Positions 8,747-16,770 of a stretch of DNA of 48,220 bases are shown one piece after another. The position numbers and the translations under genes are program-made. How positions within the stretch are numbered: the stretch's first letter is position 1; the number at the start of each line of letters is the position of its first letter. Under the pieces are notes generated by a model. That model did not search any database. It saw nothing but the letters and a program-made list of their open reading frames with translations, and was not told the DNA's origin. The stretch lies in the NCBI GenBank assembly GCA_016875475.1, contig VGRB01000001.1:1-48220 (forward strand), given 5' to 3'. The stretch is from Deltaproteobacteria bacterium (GTDB taxonomy: Bacteria; Myxococcota_A; UBA9042; DTJE01).

Positions 8747-9606
8747 GGCGCCTCCCCCACGTGCGCGACCAGGGCCTCGACCCCGGTGCGCGCGACGGTG
8801 TCCGCGAACCGCTCGCCCGGGCGACCCCGCGCCCGGAAGAAATCGAGCACCGCGGCCGCGACGCGAACCACCTCGGCCGGGTCGCGCAGGACCGGCAGGA
8901 TCGGCACCCCGAGCCGCGGGATCCGGCCGAACTTGCCGCCCGCGAAGAGCCGGTACCCGCGCACGGCGACGGCCATGGTGCCGGTCGGGCACGCGTCGGT
9001 GCAGTCGCCGCACCCGATGCACGCGGACGCGTCGAGGTGCACCGCGACGCCCTCCTCGACGCGGATCGCCCCGGTGGGGCACGCGGCCGCGCAAAGCCCG
9101 CAGTACGTGCAGTCGTCGCGCCGCCATCCGGGCTCGACCCACCCCTTGATGCCGAGGTCGTTCTCCTCGACCTTGATGCAGTTGTTGGCGCAGCCGGTCA
9201 CGGCGAACTTGAACTTGTGCGGAACGGGCCTGCCGTAGAAGGCGCAGTCGAGGTCCCGGGCCAGGGCCGGCGCGTCGATCAAGCCGCTCGGGCAGACGGT
9301 GCACCCCTGGCACGCGGTGATCGTGCGGACCGTGGGGCCGCAGGTGCCCACGCCGACGCCGGAGGCGGCCAGGAACTCCTTCACCGCCGAGAGCGACTCG
9401 AGCGGGACGAACGGGATCTCCACGCCCTGCCGGGTGGTGAGGTGGACCTCGCCGCGACCGAACCGGGAGGCGGCCTCGTGGATGGCCGCGAGCTGCCCGG
9501 CCGAGACCTGCCCCCCGACCACGTGGAGGCGGACCGAGAACAGCCCGGCCTCGCGTTGGCGCATCATGCCGCCCTTCTTCAACTCCCTCCAGTCGGTCTC
9601 GCCCAT
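8743..9606 (-). CDS. small sulfite/nitrite-reductase-like sirohaem-[4Fe-4S] protein with ferredoxin insert
   Basis: ATG at 9606 with GGAGG 6 nt upstream; the track's 9621 start is a TTG. CX5C (CQGCTVC) and CX3C (CANNC) sirohaem-cluster motifs. Two ferredoxin motifs (CTYCGLCAAACP, CIGCGDCTDACP). 287 aa. Confidence 0.85.
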   Translation of the reverse strand: MGETDWRELKKGGMMRQREAGLFSVRLHVVGGQVSAGQLAAIHEAASRFGRGEVHLTTRQGVEIPFVPLESLSAVKEFLAASGVGVGTCGPTVRTITACQGCTVCPSGLIDAPALARDLDCAFYGRPVPHKFKFAVTGCANNCIKVEENDLGIKGWVEPGWRRDDCTYCGLCAAACPTGAIRVEEGVAVHLDASACIGCGDCTDACPTGTMAVAVRGYRLFAGGKFGRIPRLGVPILPVLRDPAEVVRVAAAVLDFFRARGRPGERFADTVARTGVEALVAHVGEAP

Positions 9607-9607
9607 C

Positions 9608-10570
9608 TCAGACCTCCACAACGCCGTCCGTGCCGACGAAATCCGTGAAGCAGGACGCGTACTTGAGCGCGCTGTCCGGCGAGATGCAGACCGCCACGGC
9701 GCCCTTCGGAAGCCCGGCGTTCAGCGCTGCCCAGACCACCGCGCCCGTGGACGGTCCGACCAGCAGCGCGTCCTCGCGGGCGAGCCGGATCGCGGTCCCG
9801 TACGCGTCGGCGTCGGACACGCGTACGGTCCGGTCGATCAGCGACTCGTCGAGGATCTCGGGCTTCCGGCTCTCCTGGAAGTTCTTGAGCCCCGAGATCC
9901 GGTGCCCCTTCTCCGGCTCGATCGCCAACACGCTCACGGCCGGGTTCCGCTCCTTCAGGTACCGCGCGACCCCCGTGATCGTCCCGCAGGTCCCGTACCC
10001 GGCGAGGAAGTGCGTCACGCGCCCGGCCGTCTGGTCCCAGATCTCCGGCCCGGTGGTCTCGTAGTGGGCGCGCACGTTGTCCGGGTTCGAATACTGGTCC
10101 GGCATCACGTAGCGGTCGCGGGTGGACTCGCTGTTCACGAACGACCGCGCGAGCGCGATCGCGCCGTCCTTCGGGTGGTCGATCGGGCACAGGTCGTCCG
10201 GCGTCTTCCAGACCTCCGCGCCGAGCACGCGCAGCAGGGTCAGCTTCTCGGGCGGCGCACCCGAGGGGAGGGTGACCGAGCACGGCACGCGGCGCAGGTT
10301 CGCCATGGCGGCGAGCGCGATCCCGGTGTTGCCGGACGTCGGCTCGATCAGGCCACGGCCCGCGAGGCGCCCGTCGCGCTCGAGGCCGTCGAGCAGGGCG
10401 CGGGCCGTCCGGTCCTTGACCGACCCGAACGGGTTCATCCACTCGAGCTTGGCCCAGACCTCCGGGCCACCTTCCGGGACGCAGCGCCGCACCCGGACAA
10501 GCGGCGTCGGGTTCTCGCGCGAACCGATCAACTCTGTCACGTCGTCGAAGACCCGCCCGGTCGCATCCAT
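9608..10570 (-). CDS. PLP-dependent cysteine synthase family protein (CysK/CysM-like)
   Basis: Starts at MDATGRVF (cat at 10568-10570, GGAGGGG upstream). PLP-lysine motif NPFGSVKDR, then TSGNTG and a glycine loop GTCGTITG. 320 aa. Confidence 0.9.
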   Translation of the reverse strand: MDATGRVFDDVTELIGSRENPTPLVRVRRCVPEGGPEVWAKLEWMNPFGSVKDRTARALLDGLERDGRLAGRGLIEPTSGNTGIALAAMANLRRVPCSVTLPSGAPPEKLTLLRVLGAEVWKTPDDLCPIDHPKDGAIALARSFVNSESTRDRYVMPDQYSNPDNVRAHYETTGPEIWDQTAGRVTHFLAGYGTCGTITGVARYLKERNPAVSVLAIEPEKGHRISGLKNFQESRKPEILDESLIDRTVRVSDADAYGTAIRLAREDALLVGPSTGAVVWAALNAGLPKGAVAVCISPDSALKYASCFTDFVGTDGVVEV

Positions 10571-11793
10571 GATCCGTCCCCTCCGGCGCACTGCCCCACG
10601 AAAACGACGGCCGGCGACCGGACCCGCGCCTCGCGCGCGAGCGCCGGGAGGTCGGCGAGCCGGCCCCGGACCACCCGCTGCGACGGGCGGCTGGCGTTCT
10701 CCACGATCGCGCACGGCGTCGCCGTGTCGAAGCCGGCCGCGAGCAGGCCCGCCACGCACTCGCCGAGGCGTCCGACCCCCATGTAGATCGCGACGGTCCC
10801 GTCCCTCGGCAGCCGGGACCAGTCCACCGCCGGGGCGGCGCCGCCCGCGCCGTGACCGGTCACGAACGTGACCGACGACGCGCGGTCGCGGTCCGTCAGC
10901 GGGATGCCCGCGGCGGCGGCGCAGGCGCTCGCGGCGGTGACGCCGGGGACCACCTCGAACGGTACCCCGGCCGCGGTGAGGCGCGACGCTTCCTCCGCCC
11001 CCCGCGAGAACAGGAGGGGATCGCCGCATTTCAGCCGGACGACCGACCGTCCCTCCCGCGCGTGCCGGACCATGGACGCGTCGATCGCCCGCTGGCGCCC
11101 GGCCGCGCCGTGGCCGGGCGTGCCCGGTGGCGCCCGGTGGCACTCCCGCACGGCCCGGTGCGCGAGCGCGAGGACCGGCTCCGGGACCAGGCCGTCGTGG
11201 ATCACCACGTCGGCGGTGCGGAGCACGCCGAGGGCGCGGACCGTGAGCAGGTCCGGGTCGCCGGGTCCCGCGCCGACGAGGTAGACCGTGCCGGGACGCG
11301 CCTCGCGGTCGGGTCGTCGCCGGCCGCGCTCGACGCGGACCGCGAGTTCGGCGCGGTGGTCGTCGAGGTACTCCCTGACCGCCCGCACCGCACCCGGGTG
11401 CTCCCCGCCCGACGACACCGCGACGGTGAGTCCGTCCGCCCGCACCACGCCAGGCACGTGGAACGTGCTTGCCTCCGGGTCGTCCGCGACGTTGACCGGC
11501 AGGCCCGCGCGCCTCGCTTCGGCCGCGGCGGCCCGGTTCACGGCCGCGTCGGACGTCGCGACGAGCACGATCGTGGCACCGGCGAGGTGCCCGGGCCGGA
11601 ATGGCTCGCGGACCGCGGCGATCCGCCCCGCGTCCGCCTCCCGCTCGAGCGCGTCGCAGAACGAGGGGGCCACGACGGTGACGCGGCCGCCGGCCTCCAG
11701 GAGGGCCCGGACGCGGCGCTCGGCCACCCGCCCCGCCCCGACGACGACGGCGTTCACCTCCCGTCCGACGAGCGTGATGGGGAACGCGGACAC
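10537..11793 (-). CDS. cysG: sirohaem synthase (precorrin-2 dehydrogenase/ferrochelatase fused to uroporphyrinogen-III C-methyltransferase)
   Basis: N-terminal Rossmann VVGAGRVAERRVRALLEAGGRVTVVAP (CysG N-domain). C-terminal SUMT motifs VYLVGAGPGDPDLLT and LKCGDPLLF. Confidence 0.9.
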   Translation of the reverse strand: MSAFPITLVGREVNAVVVGAGRVAERRVRALLEAGGRVTVVAPSFCDALEREADAGRIAAVREPFRPGHLAGATIVLVATSDAAVNRAAAAEARRAGLPVNVADDPEASTFHVPGVVRADGLTVAVSSGGEHPGAVRAVREYLDDHRAELAVRVERGRRRPDREARPGTVYLVGAGPGDPDLLTVRALGVLRTADVVIHDGLVPEPVLALAHRAVRECHRAPPGTPGHGAAGRQRAIDASMVRHAREGRSVVRLKCGDPLLFSRGAEEASRLTAAGVPFEVVPGVTAASACAAAAGIPLTDRDRASSVTFVTGHGAGGAAPAVDWSRLPRDGTVAIYMGVGRLGECVAGLLAAGFDTATPCAIVENASRPSQRVVRGRLADLPALAREARVRSPAVVFVGQCAGGDGSWMRPGGSSTT

Positions 11794-11819
11794 CCGGGTC
11801 CTCCCTCCAACCAGGACGG

Positions 11820-11849
11820 ATTCTGCCCGATCGAACCCGGGCGTGTCAA
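11820..11849 (-). promoter_or_regulatory. sigma70-like promoter of the cysG operon
   Basis: The minus strand reads TTGACA (11844-11849), an 18-nt spacer, then CAGAAT (11820-11825). GGAGGGAG (11801-11808) and the start codon at 11793 follow. Confidence 0.45.
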
Positions 11850-11920
11850 GCTAATCATTGAGTAAACAAATAAACATCTGCCACTAGGGCCCCGAGCTAA
11901 CAGGGCACAACAAAAACACC

Positions 11921-11950
11921 TTGACAGCATGACTCCGAAATAGCGATAAT
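11921..11950 (+). promoter_or_regulatory. sigma70-like promoter facing the cytochrome operon
   Basis: TTGACA (11921-11926), an 18-nt spacer, then GATAAT (11945-11950). It lies inside the only markedly AT-rich stretch of the region. Confidence 0.5.
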
Positions 11951-12032
11951 AAACATGACCATTGCAGTAAGCAATGGGTGGGGGTGGCGGTTGGCACCGA
12001 TCGACGGGGTCGGGACGAGCCGGTGGCCGGGG

Positions 12033-12263
12033 ATGCTCGAGCTGCCCCGCGCGGAGTTCGAGTCCCTCGGGCCGTCGGAGGGGGAGCCCGTCGTCCTCCG
12101 CGTCCGCGACGCGCGCACGTACCCGGCGGACGGGCAGGACTGCCGGATTCGAGGCCGCGAGAGGGAGCGATGGGCAGCCAGGCCTGTACGGATGTCGCCA
12201 GCGGAGTCGACTATTGATCAGCCGTCGCGACACGTCCCGAAGGATGTTCATTTGTTCCGGTGA
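12033..12263 (+). CDS. possible small protein in the long leader (hypothetical)
   Basis: The frame of ORF 11955..12263 has almost exclusively G/C third positions between about 12000 and 12135 (MLELPRAEFESLGPSEGEPVVLRVRDARTYPADGQDC). That bias is lost afterwards. No recognisable family. It could instead be a structured leader. Confidence 0.3.
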   Translation: MLELPRAEFESLGPSEGEPVVLRVRDARTYPADGQDCRIRGRERERWAARPVRMSPAESTIDQPSRHVPKDVHLFR

Positions 12264-12404
12264 GTTCGGCACGCCGGGGGCGGGGCACGGCCGTTGCACT
12301 CTCCCCTCGCGGCGGGCCTGGAGCCGGGCGGACCGTGCCGCCCCGGTCTTGCGGCAGGGGCGCCCGGAAGGTTCGAGGAGCTTGTGAGGAACGGGAGGGA
12401 CGAG

Positions 12405-13193
12405 ATGAACGGATCGGGTGTTCACGGACGCGCGGCCGCGCTCGTCGCGGCGACCTGGTGCGCGCTGCTCGCAGGCTGCGGCGCGCACCACGAGGAGGGC
12501 CAACAGATGGTCCTCGAGTACGACCCCGCCGTGCGCTTCCCGGCCGCGTTCACGAGCGCGTCGGGGGGGAAGGTGACGATCTCCACGATGACGATGGCGG
12601 GGGGGACGCACCGCGACACGGCCGCGCTGTTCGAGGCGGCCGCGGACGGCTGGGGGTACCGCGCGTGGGCCCGGGCGGGCGACGCGTGGACCGACCTCGG
12701 GCCGTTCGTTCCGGGCACGGACCTCGTGGCGGACGCGGCCGCGGGCGCCGCGCTGCAGGTGACCATCGAGGCGGCGGGCGCATCGCCGGCGGCGCCGTCG
12801 GCCGAGGTCGTGCTGTCCGGGACCGCCGGGGCGGGCCTCGCGTTCGGGACGCTCGACGCGCTCGCGTTCACGCCCGCCGGGGTCGAGGTGAGGGCGGGGG
12901 GCACGTCGGTCGACCTCGCCTGCCACGACCTGCCCGCGCTCCCCGCGGGGTTCCACTACGCGTTCTGGCTGACCGAGGTCGACGACGCGGGCACCGCCAA
13001 GGGCGCGCCCTTGGCGCTCGGCAAGGTCTCCCTGGCCGACGGGGGGCTCGCGGCGAGCGGCGTCGCCCTGCCGGAGCACCACGTCTTCGACCTGTCGATC
13101 GAGGCGGACCACGGCGCCGCGACGCGCTCGCCGCTGGTCTGCTTCCGGGGCACCCACGACGCGACCGCTCCCGGCGGCGGTCACGGCCACTAG
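12405..13193 (+). CDS. lipoprotein of unknown function, His/Gly-rich C-terminus
   Basis: ATG 12405 preceded by GGGAGGGA. Signal and lipobox (ALLAGC). Two similar halves. Ends ...APGGGHGH. First gene of the cytochrome operon. Confidence 0.75.
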   Translation: MNGSGVHGRAAALVAATWCALLAGCGAHHEEGQQMVLEYDPAVRFPAAFTSASGGKVTISTMTMAGGTHRDTAALFEAAADGWGYRAWARAGDAWTDLGPFVPGTDLVADAAAGAALQVTIEAAGASPAAPSAEVVLSGTAGAGLAFGTLDALAFTPAGVEVRAGGTSVDLACHDLPALPAGFHYAFWLTEVDDAGTAKGAPLALGKVSLADGGLAASGVALPEHHVFDLSIEADHGAATRSPLVCFRGTHDATAPGGGHGH

Positions 13194-13208
13194 GGGGGAG
13201 GGGCGGCC

Positions 13209-14756
13209 ATGTCAGGATCGAATCCCTGGTTCCGCAACCGTGCCCTGGCGATCCTGGCCGGGGCCGTCGCGGTCGTGACCGCGCCGCGGGAGGTCTCCGC
13301 GATCCCCGCGTTCGCGCGGAAGTACCGCACGAGCTGCGCCACCTGCCACGTCGCGTTCCCGAAGCTCAACGCGTTCGGGGAGGCATACCGGATCGCGGGC
13401 TACCACGTCCCGGGGGGGGACGAGCAGTTCGTGAAGGACGAGCCCGTCGAGATGGGCAGCGAGGCGTGGAAGCGCGTCTGGCCGAAGGGGATCTGGCCTT
13501 CGAGCATCCCGTGGATCCCCCCGGTGGCCGTGCGCGCGACCGGGGGCTTCGTCTCGGACCTGACCGGCCTCGGGGAGTCCTCGAACCCGGACGGGAAGCA
13601 CTCGTTCGTGTTCCCGGCCGCGCTGAACCTGTACGCGGCCGGCACGCTCGCCGAGGACGTCTCGCTCTGGTCCGGCGTCCACCTGTTCCGGAACGGGGAG
13701 TGGGGCGAGCTCGGGAAGCTGCACCTGTCGTTCTCGAACCTCCTCGACCGGTGGGTGCCGAGGCAGCTCTTCAACCTGCGGATCGGGCTGTTCGTGCCTG
13801 GGTCGGTCGCGTTCGACCACCACAGGAACGTCACGTTCGGCACGCCGATCTTCGCGACCGCGAACGCGATCGACGGCGTGCCGGGGGGCATCGGCCACGC
13901 GCACGGGTCCGGCGGAGCCGCCGGCGGGCACGGTGCGCACGGCGGAGGCGCGGCCGCCGGCGCGGTGTCGTACTCCGGCGCGTTCGCGCTCGGCTCGGCG
14001 CAGGTCGGCGCGGAGCTGTACGGGCTGATCCTGCCGCGCTGGGAGTACCTGGTCGGCGCGGTCAACGGGAACGGCGCCGCGATCGACGACAACAACGCCA
14101 AGGACGTCTATGGCCGCATGCGGGTGAAGATCGGCGGCATGGCGTTCGACGGCACCGACCCGGACGCGGGCGAGGCGCCGGCGGAAGCCGAGCCGCGCCT
14201 GCGGGACACGCAGGGGTGGGTGGACGACTCGGTCATCCTCGGAGCCTCCGGGTACTGGGGGCGGCACCGCACGTCGTCCACGACGACCACCGAGCACAAG
14301 CTTCTGGATTCGCTGGGGAACCTCGTCGTCCGCGCGGACGGGAAGGCGGCGACCGTGACCGAGGAGGCCACGACGTCGTGGAGCACCGACGTGATCCGGG
14401 CGGGAGGTGACATCCAGGCGACCTGGCGCGACTTCGAGCTGCTCGGCATGGCGGTATGGGGCCGCGACTCGAACCCTCGCGGCGACGGCGAGCCCGTGTC
14501 GTCGCTCGTCACGATGGGCCAGCTCGACTGGGTCACGCCGTGGCACTTCCTGATCTCCACGGTCCGCTACGAATCCGCGCTGTTCTTCGGCCACGCGGGT
14601 CACGCGCCGGACGATCGGCACCAGCTCGTCGCGGGCCTGACCGCGCTCGTGCGCGCGAACATCCGGATCCAGATCGAGGGGCAGGTCGATCTCGTCCGCG
14701 ACCCCGCACGGGAGGTGAGGGACCATGTGGCACTCGTCATCGATGCGGGCTTCTGA
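13209..14756 (+). CDS. outer-membrane beta-barrel protein with a single N-terminal c-haem motif (Cyc2-like fused cytochrome-porin candidate)
   Basis: Signal peptide, then IPAFARKYRTSCATCHVAFPKLNAFGEAYRIAGY with the protein's only CxxCH. About 470 aa of alternating-polarity sequence. His/Gly loop GHAHGSGGAAGGHGAHGGG. C-terminal ...VIDAGF, an OMP-type terminal Phe. Confidence 0.8.
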   Translation: MSGSNPWFRNRALAILAGAVAVVTAPREVSAIPAFARKYRTSCATCHVAFPKLNAFGEAYRIAGYHVPGGDEQFVKDEPVEMGSEAWKRVWPKGIWPSSIPWIPPVAVRATGGFVSDLTGLGESSNPDGKHSFVFPAALNLYAAGTLAEDVSLWSGVHLFRNGEWGELGKLHLSFSNLLDRWVPRQLFNLRIGLFVPGSVAFDHHRNVTFGTPIFATANAIDGVPGGIGHAHGSGGAAGGHGAHGGGAAAGAVSYSGAFALGSAQVGAELYGLILPRWEYLVGAVNGNGAAIDDNNAKDVYGRMRVKIGGMAFDGTDPDAGEAPAEAEPRLRDTQGWVDDSVILGASGYWGRHRTSSTTTTEHKLLDSLGNLVVRADGKAATVTEEATTSWSTDVIRAGGDIQATWRDFELLGMAVWGRDSNPRGDGEPVSSLVTMGQLDWVTPWHFLISTVRYESALFFGHAGHAPDDRHQLVAGLTALVRANIRIQIEGQVDLVRDPAREVRDHVALVIDAGF

Positions 14757-15363
14757 CGGTCTCGTGGCGGTCCTGGCCGCGGCGGTGGCGGTCGGACTCG
14801 CGGGGGAGGCCGCGGCGCAGGGCTCGATCCGCGGCGCGGTCAAGGCGACGGGGGTGCGCCGGCCCGACAACGTGGTCGTCTACCTGAAGTCCGTGCCGGG
14901 CAGCCACCCGCCGCCGTCGGCCCCCGCGATCATGGACCAGAAGGACTTCGTGTTCCTGCCGCACGTGCTGCCGATCGTGCGCGGGACGAAGGTGCGCTTC
15001 CTGAACAGCGAGCCCAAGGCGCAGCACAACGTGTTCTCGCCGGACGCGGTCGCGGACAAGGTGAACCTCGGCACCTACCCCCCCGGACAGTCGCGCGACC
15101 ACGTGTTCAACAAGACCTGCGGCGGCAAGGGTACCTGCGTCGCGGCGCTGCTGTGCAACGTCCATCCGGAGATGAGCGCGTACATCGTGATCCTGGAGAA
15201 CCCGTATTTCGCGGTCACGGACAAGGGCGGCGCCTTCGAGATCCGGAACGTCCCCCCCGGGACGTACGAGCTGGTCGCCTGGCACGAGAAGCTGAAGGAA
15301 GCTTCCACGAGCGTGACCGTGGGCGCGGGCGAGACCCAGGTGAGCCTGAGCCTGTCGCGCTGA
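14725..15363 (+). CDS. periplasmic cupredoxin (type-1 copper, amicyanin-like loop) with CarboxypepD_reg-like C-terminal domain
   Basis: GGAGG lies 9 nt upstream of ATG 14725. Signal peptide present. Cu ligand pattern H (AQHNVFS) ... C-x2-H-x2-M (LCNVHPEM). The tail FEIRNVPPGTYELVAWHEKL is typical of the Ig-like regulatory domain. Confidence 0.85.
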   Translation: MWHSSSMRASDGLVAVLAAAVAVGLAGEAAAQGSIRGAVKATGVRRPDNVVVYLKSVPGSHPPPSAPAIMDQKDFVFLPHVLPIVRGTKVRFLNSEPKAQHNVFSPDAVADKVNLGTYPPGQSRDHVFNKTCGGKGTCVAALLCNVHPEMSAYIVILENPYFAVTDKGGAFEIRNVPPGTYELVAWHEKLKEASTSVTVGAGETQVSLSLSR

Positions 15364-15381
15364 CGCGCAAGGGGACGCGAG

Positions 15382-15912
15382 ATGGCATCGGACGCGGACG
15401 CACGCATGGACCGGCGCGAGTTCGGGGCGCGGGCGCTCCGGGCGGGGTGGTGGACGCTCGCCGCGACGGGGGCCGCGGCAACGTGGGCGACCGTGCGGTT
15501 CTTCGTCCCGCGCGCGACGTACGAGCCCCCCGCGCGGTTCGTCGCGGGCCGGCCCGCGGACTACGCGGTCGGCGAGGTCAGCGTAACGCACCTCGCCGCG
15601 CAGCAGGTCTGGATCGTTCGCGACGAGCAGGGGATCTACGCGCTCGTGGCGCAGTGTACCCACCTCGGGTGCCGGCCGAACTGGCTCGCCGAGGAGCAGC
15701 GGTTCAAGTGCCCGTGCCACGGGAGCAACTTCGACCGGTCGGGGAAGGTGATCGCCGGGCCCGCGCCGAAGCCGCTCCGCAGGGCCGCGATATCGCTCCT
15801 CCGCGACGGCCGGATCCGCGTGGACCGCTCGGAGCAGGCGGACCTGGCCGAGGCGCTGCACCGGCCCGGGTTCCTGCTGACGGCGGAGGCGATCGCGCAG
15901 GCGGGGGCGTGA
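15382..15912 (+). CDS. Rieske [2Fe-2S] subunit of a cytochrome bc-type complex
   Basis: TAT-like N-terminus ([11 protein letters not shown]). Rieske boxes CTHLGC and CPCHGS. Confidence 0.93.
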   Translation: MASDADARMDRREFGARALRAGWWTLAATGAAATWATVRFFVPRATYEPPARFVAGRPADYAVGEVSVTHLAAQQVWIVRDEQGIYALVAQCTHLGCRPNWLAEEQRFKCPCHGSNFDRSGKVIAGPAPKPLRRAAISLLRDGRIRVDRSEQADLAEALHRPGFLLTAEAIAQAGA

Positions 15913-15913
15913 G

Positions 15914-16660
15914 ATGGGATTCCGGCAGGGCCACGTCTGGCGCTCGATCTTCCGGGTGGGCCTGCCCTCGGACCGGCGCGGACGGCTGCGGGTGGTGCTG
16001 GCGAACTTCTTCCTGCACCTCCACCCGACGAAGGTGCCGAGGTCCGGGATCCGGCTGACCTACACGTTCTGCCTCGGCGGGCTGTCCGCGTTCCTGTTCG
16101 TGCTGCTGACGGTCACCGGCGTGTTCCTGATGTTCTACTACGTGCCCGACACCGGGCGCGCCTACGCGGACATGAAGGACATCGGGTACGTGGTGCCGTT
16201 CGGCCGGGTCATGCGGGCCGCGCACCGCTGGGCCGCGCACGGCATGGTCGTGACCGTGATCCTGCACATGACGCGCGTGTTCCTGACCGGGTCGTACAAG
16301 CCGCCGCGCGAGTTCAACTGGGTGGTCGGGGTCACGCTGCTCGTGCTGACGCTGCTGCTGTCGTTCACCGGCTACCTGCTGCCGTGGGACCAGCTCGCGT
16401 ACTGGGCGATCACGGTCGGCACGAACATGGCTGCCGCGGCGCCGGTGGTCGGCCACGAGGGGCCGTTCGGGCACCCCGCGGGCGCGCGCGTGGACTCGGA
16501 CCTGCGGTACCTGCTCCTCGGCGGAACCACGGTCGGCCAGAACGCGCTGCTGCGGTTCTACGTCCTGCACTGCGTCGCCCTGCCGCTGGCCGCGGTGGTG
16601 CTGATGGGGGTGCACTTCTGGCGGGTGAGGAAGGACGGCGGGATCTCGCGGCCGTTGTGA
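15914..16660 (+). CDS. cytochrome b (b6-like N-terminal half)
   Basis: 248 aa with 4 helices. Conserved RxxHRWxAxxMV...HMxRVF and [15 protein letters not shown] motifs. The start is 1 nt after the Rieske stop. Confidence 0.93.
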   Translation: MGFRQGHVWRSIFRVGLPSDRRGRLRVVLANFFLHLHPTKVPRSGIRLTYTFCLGGLSAFLFVLLTVTGVFLMFYYVPDTGRAYADMKDIGYVVPFGRVMRAAHRWAAHGMVVTVILHMTRVFLTGSYKPPREFNWVVGVTLLVLTLLLSFTGYLLPWDQLAYWAITVGTNMAAAAPVVGHEGPFGHPAGARVDSDLRYLLLGGTTVGQNALLRFYVLHCVALPLAAVVLMGVHFWRVRKDGGISRPL

Positions 16661-16683
16661 GGGAAGCGGTGGAGGAACGCGCG

Positions 16684-16767
16684 GGAACGGGGGCGGGGGC
16701 AGGGGCAGGGCCGGGAGCGGGTACGGGCACGGGGATCGGGACGGGGATGGGGACGGGGACGGGGGAG
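16684..16767 (+). repeat. 14 tandem GGN-NNN hexanucleotide units, in frame with the downstream gene
   Basis: gga acg ggg gcg ggg gca ggg gca ggg ccg gga gcg ggt acg ggc acg ggg atc ggg acg ggg atg ggg acg ggg acg ggg gag. Translates as GTGAGAGAGPGAGTGTGIGTGMGTGTGE. Confidence 0.9.
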
Positions 16768-16770
16768 GTC

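Noticed and set aside
8743-9621. The track start (TTG 9621) for the sulfite-reductase-like gene, and ATG 26688 for the E1-like gene.
   Set aside because: ATG 9606 has a well-spaced GGAGG and avoids overlap with the upstream gene. GTG 26622 avoids coding through the TATAAT palindrome with atypical codons.
12053-12068. The tRNA T-arm-like string ggagttcgagtccctc in the leader region.
   Set aside because: The flanking bases do not form a 5-bp T-stem. No acceptor, D or anticodon arms can be drawn around it.
16684-16767. Considered whether the short tandem repeats (the hexamer tract, the 33-bp duplication at 24270, the GCN run at 19946) could be a CRISPR array.
   Set aside because: The units are contiguous with no spacers, are far shorter or fewer than CRISPR repeats, and lie in frame within or next to coding sequence. 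No cas genes are present.
16384-16770. The long N-terminal extension of the subunit-IV-like ORF starting at 16384.
   Set aside because: Positions 16384-16660 overlap the cytochrome b gene in another frame and encode an Arg/Ala/Gly-rich string. Only the part from 16669 or 16771 onward is plausible.
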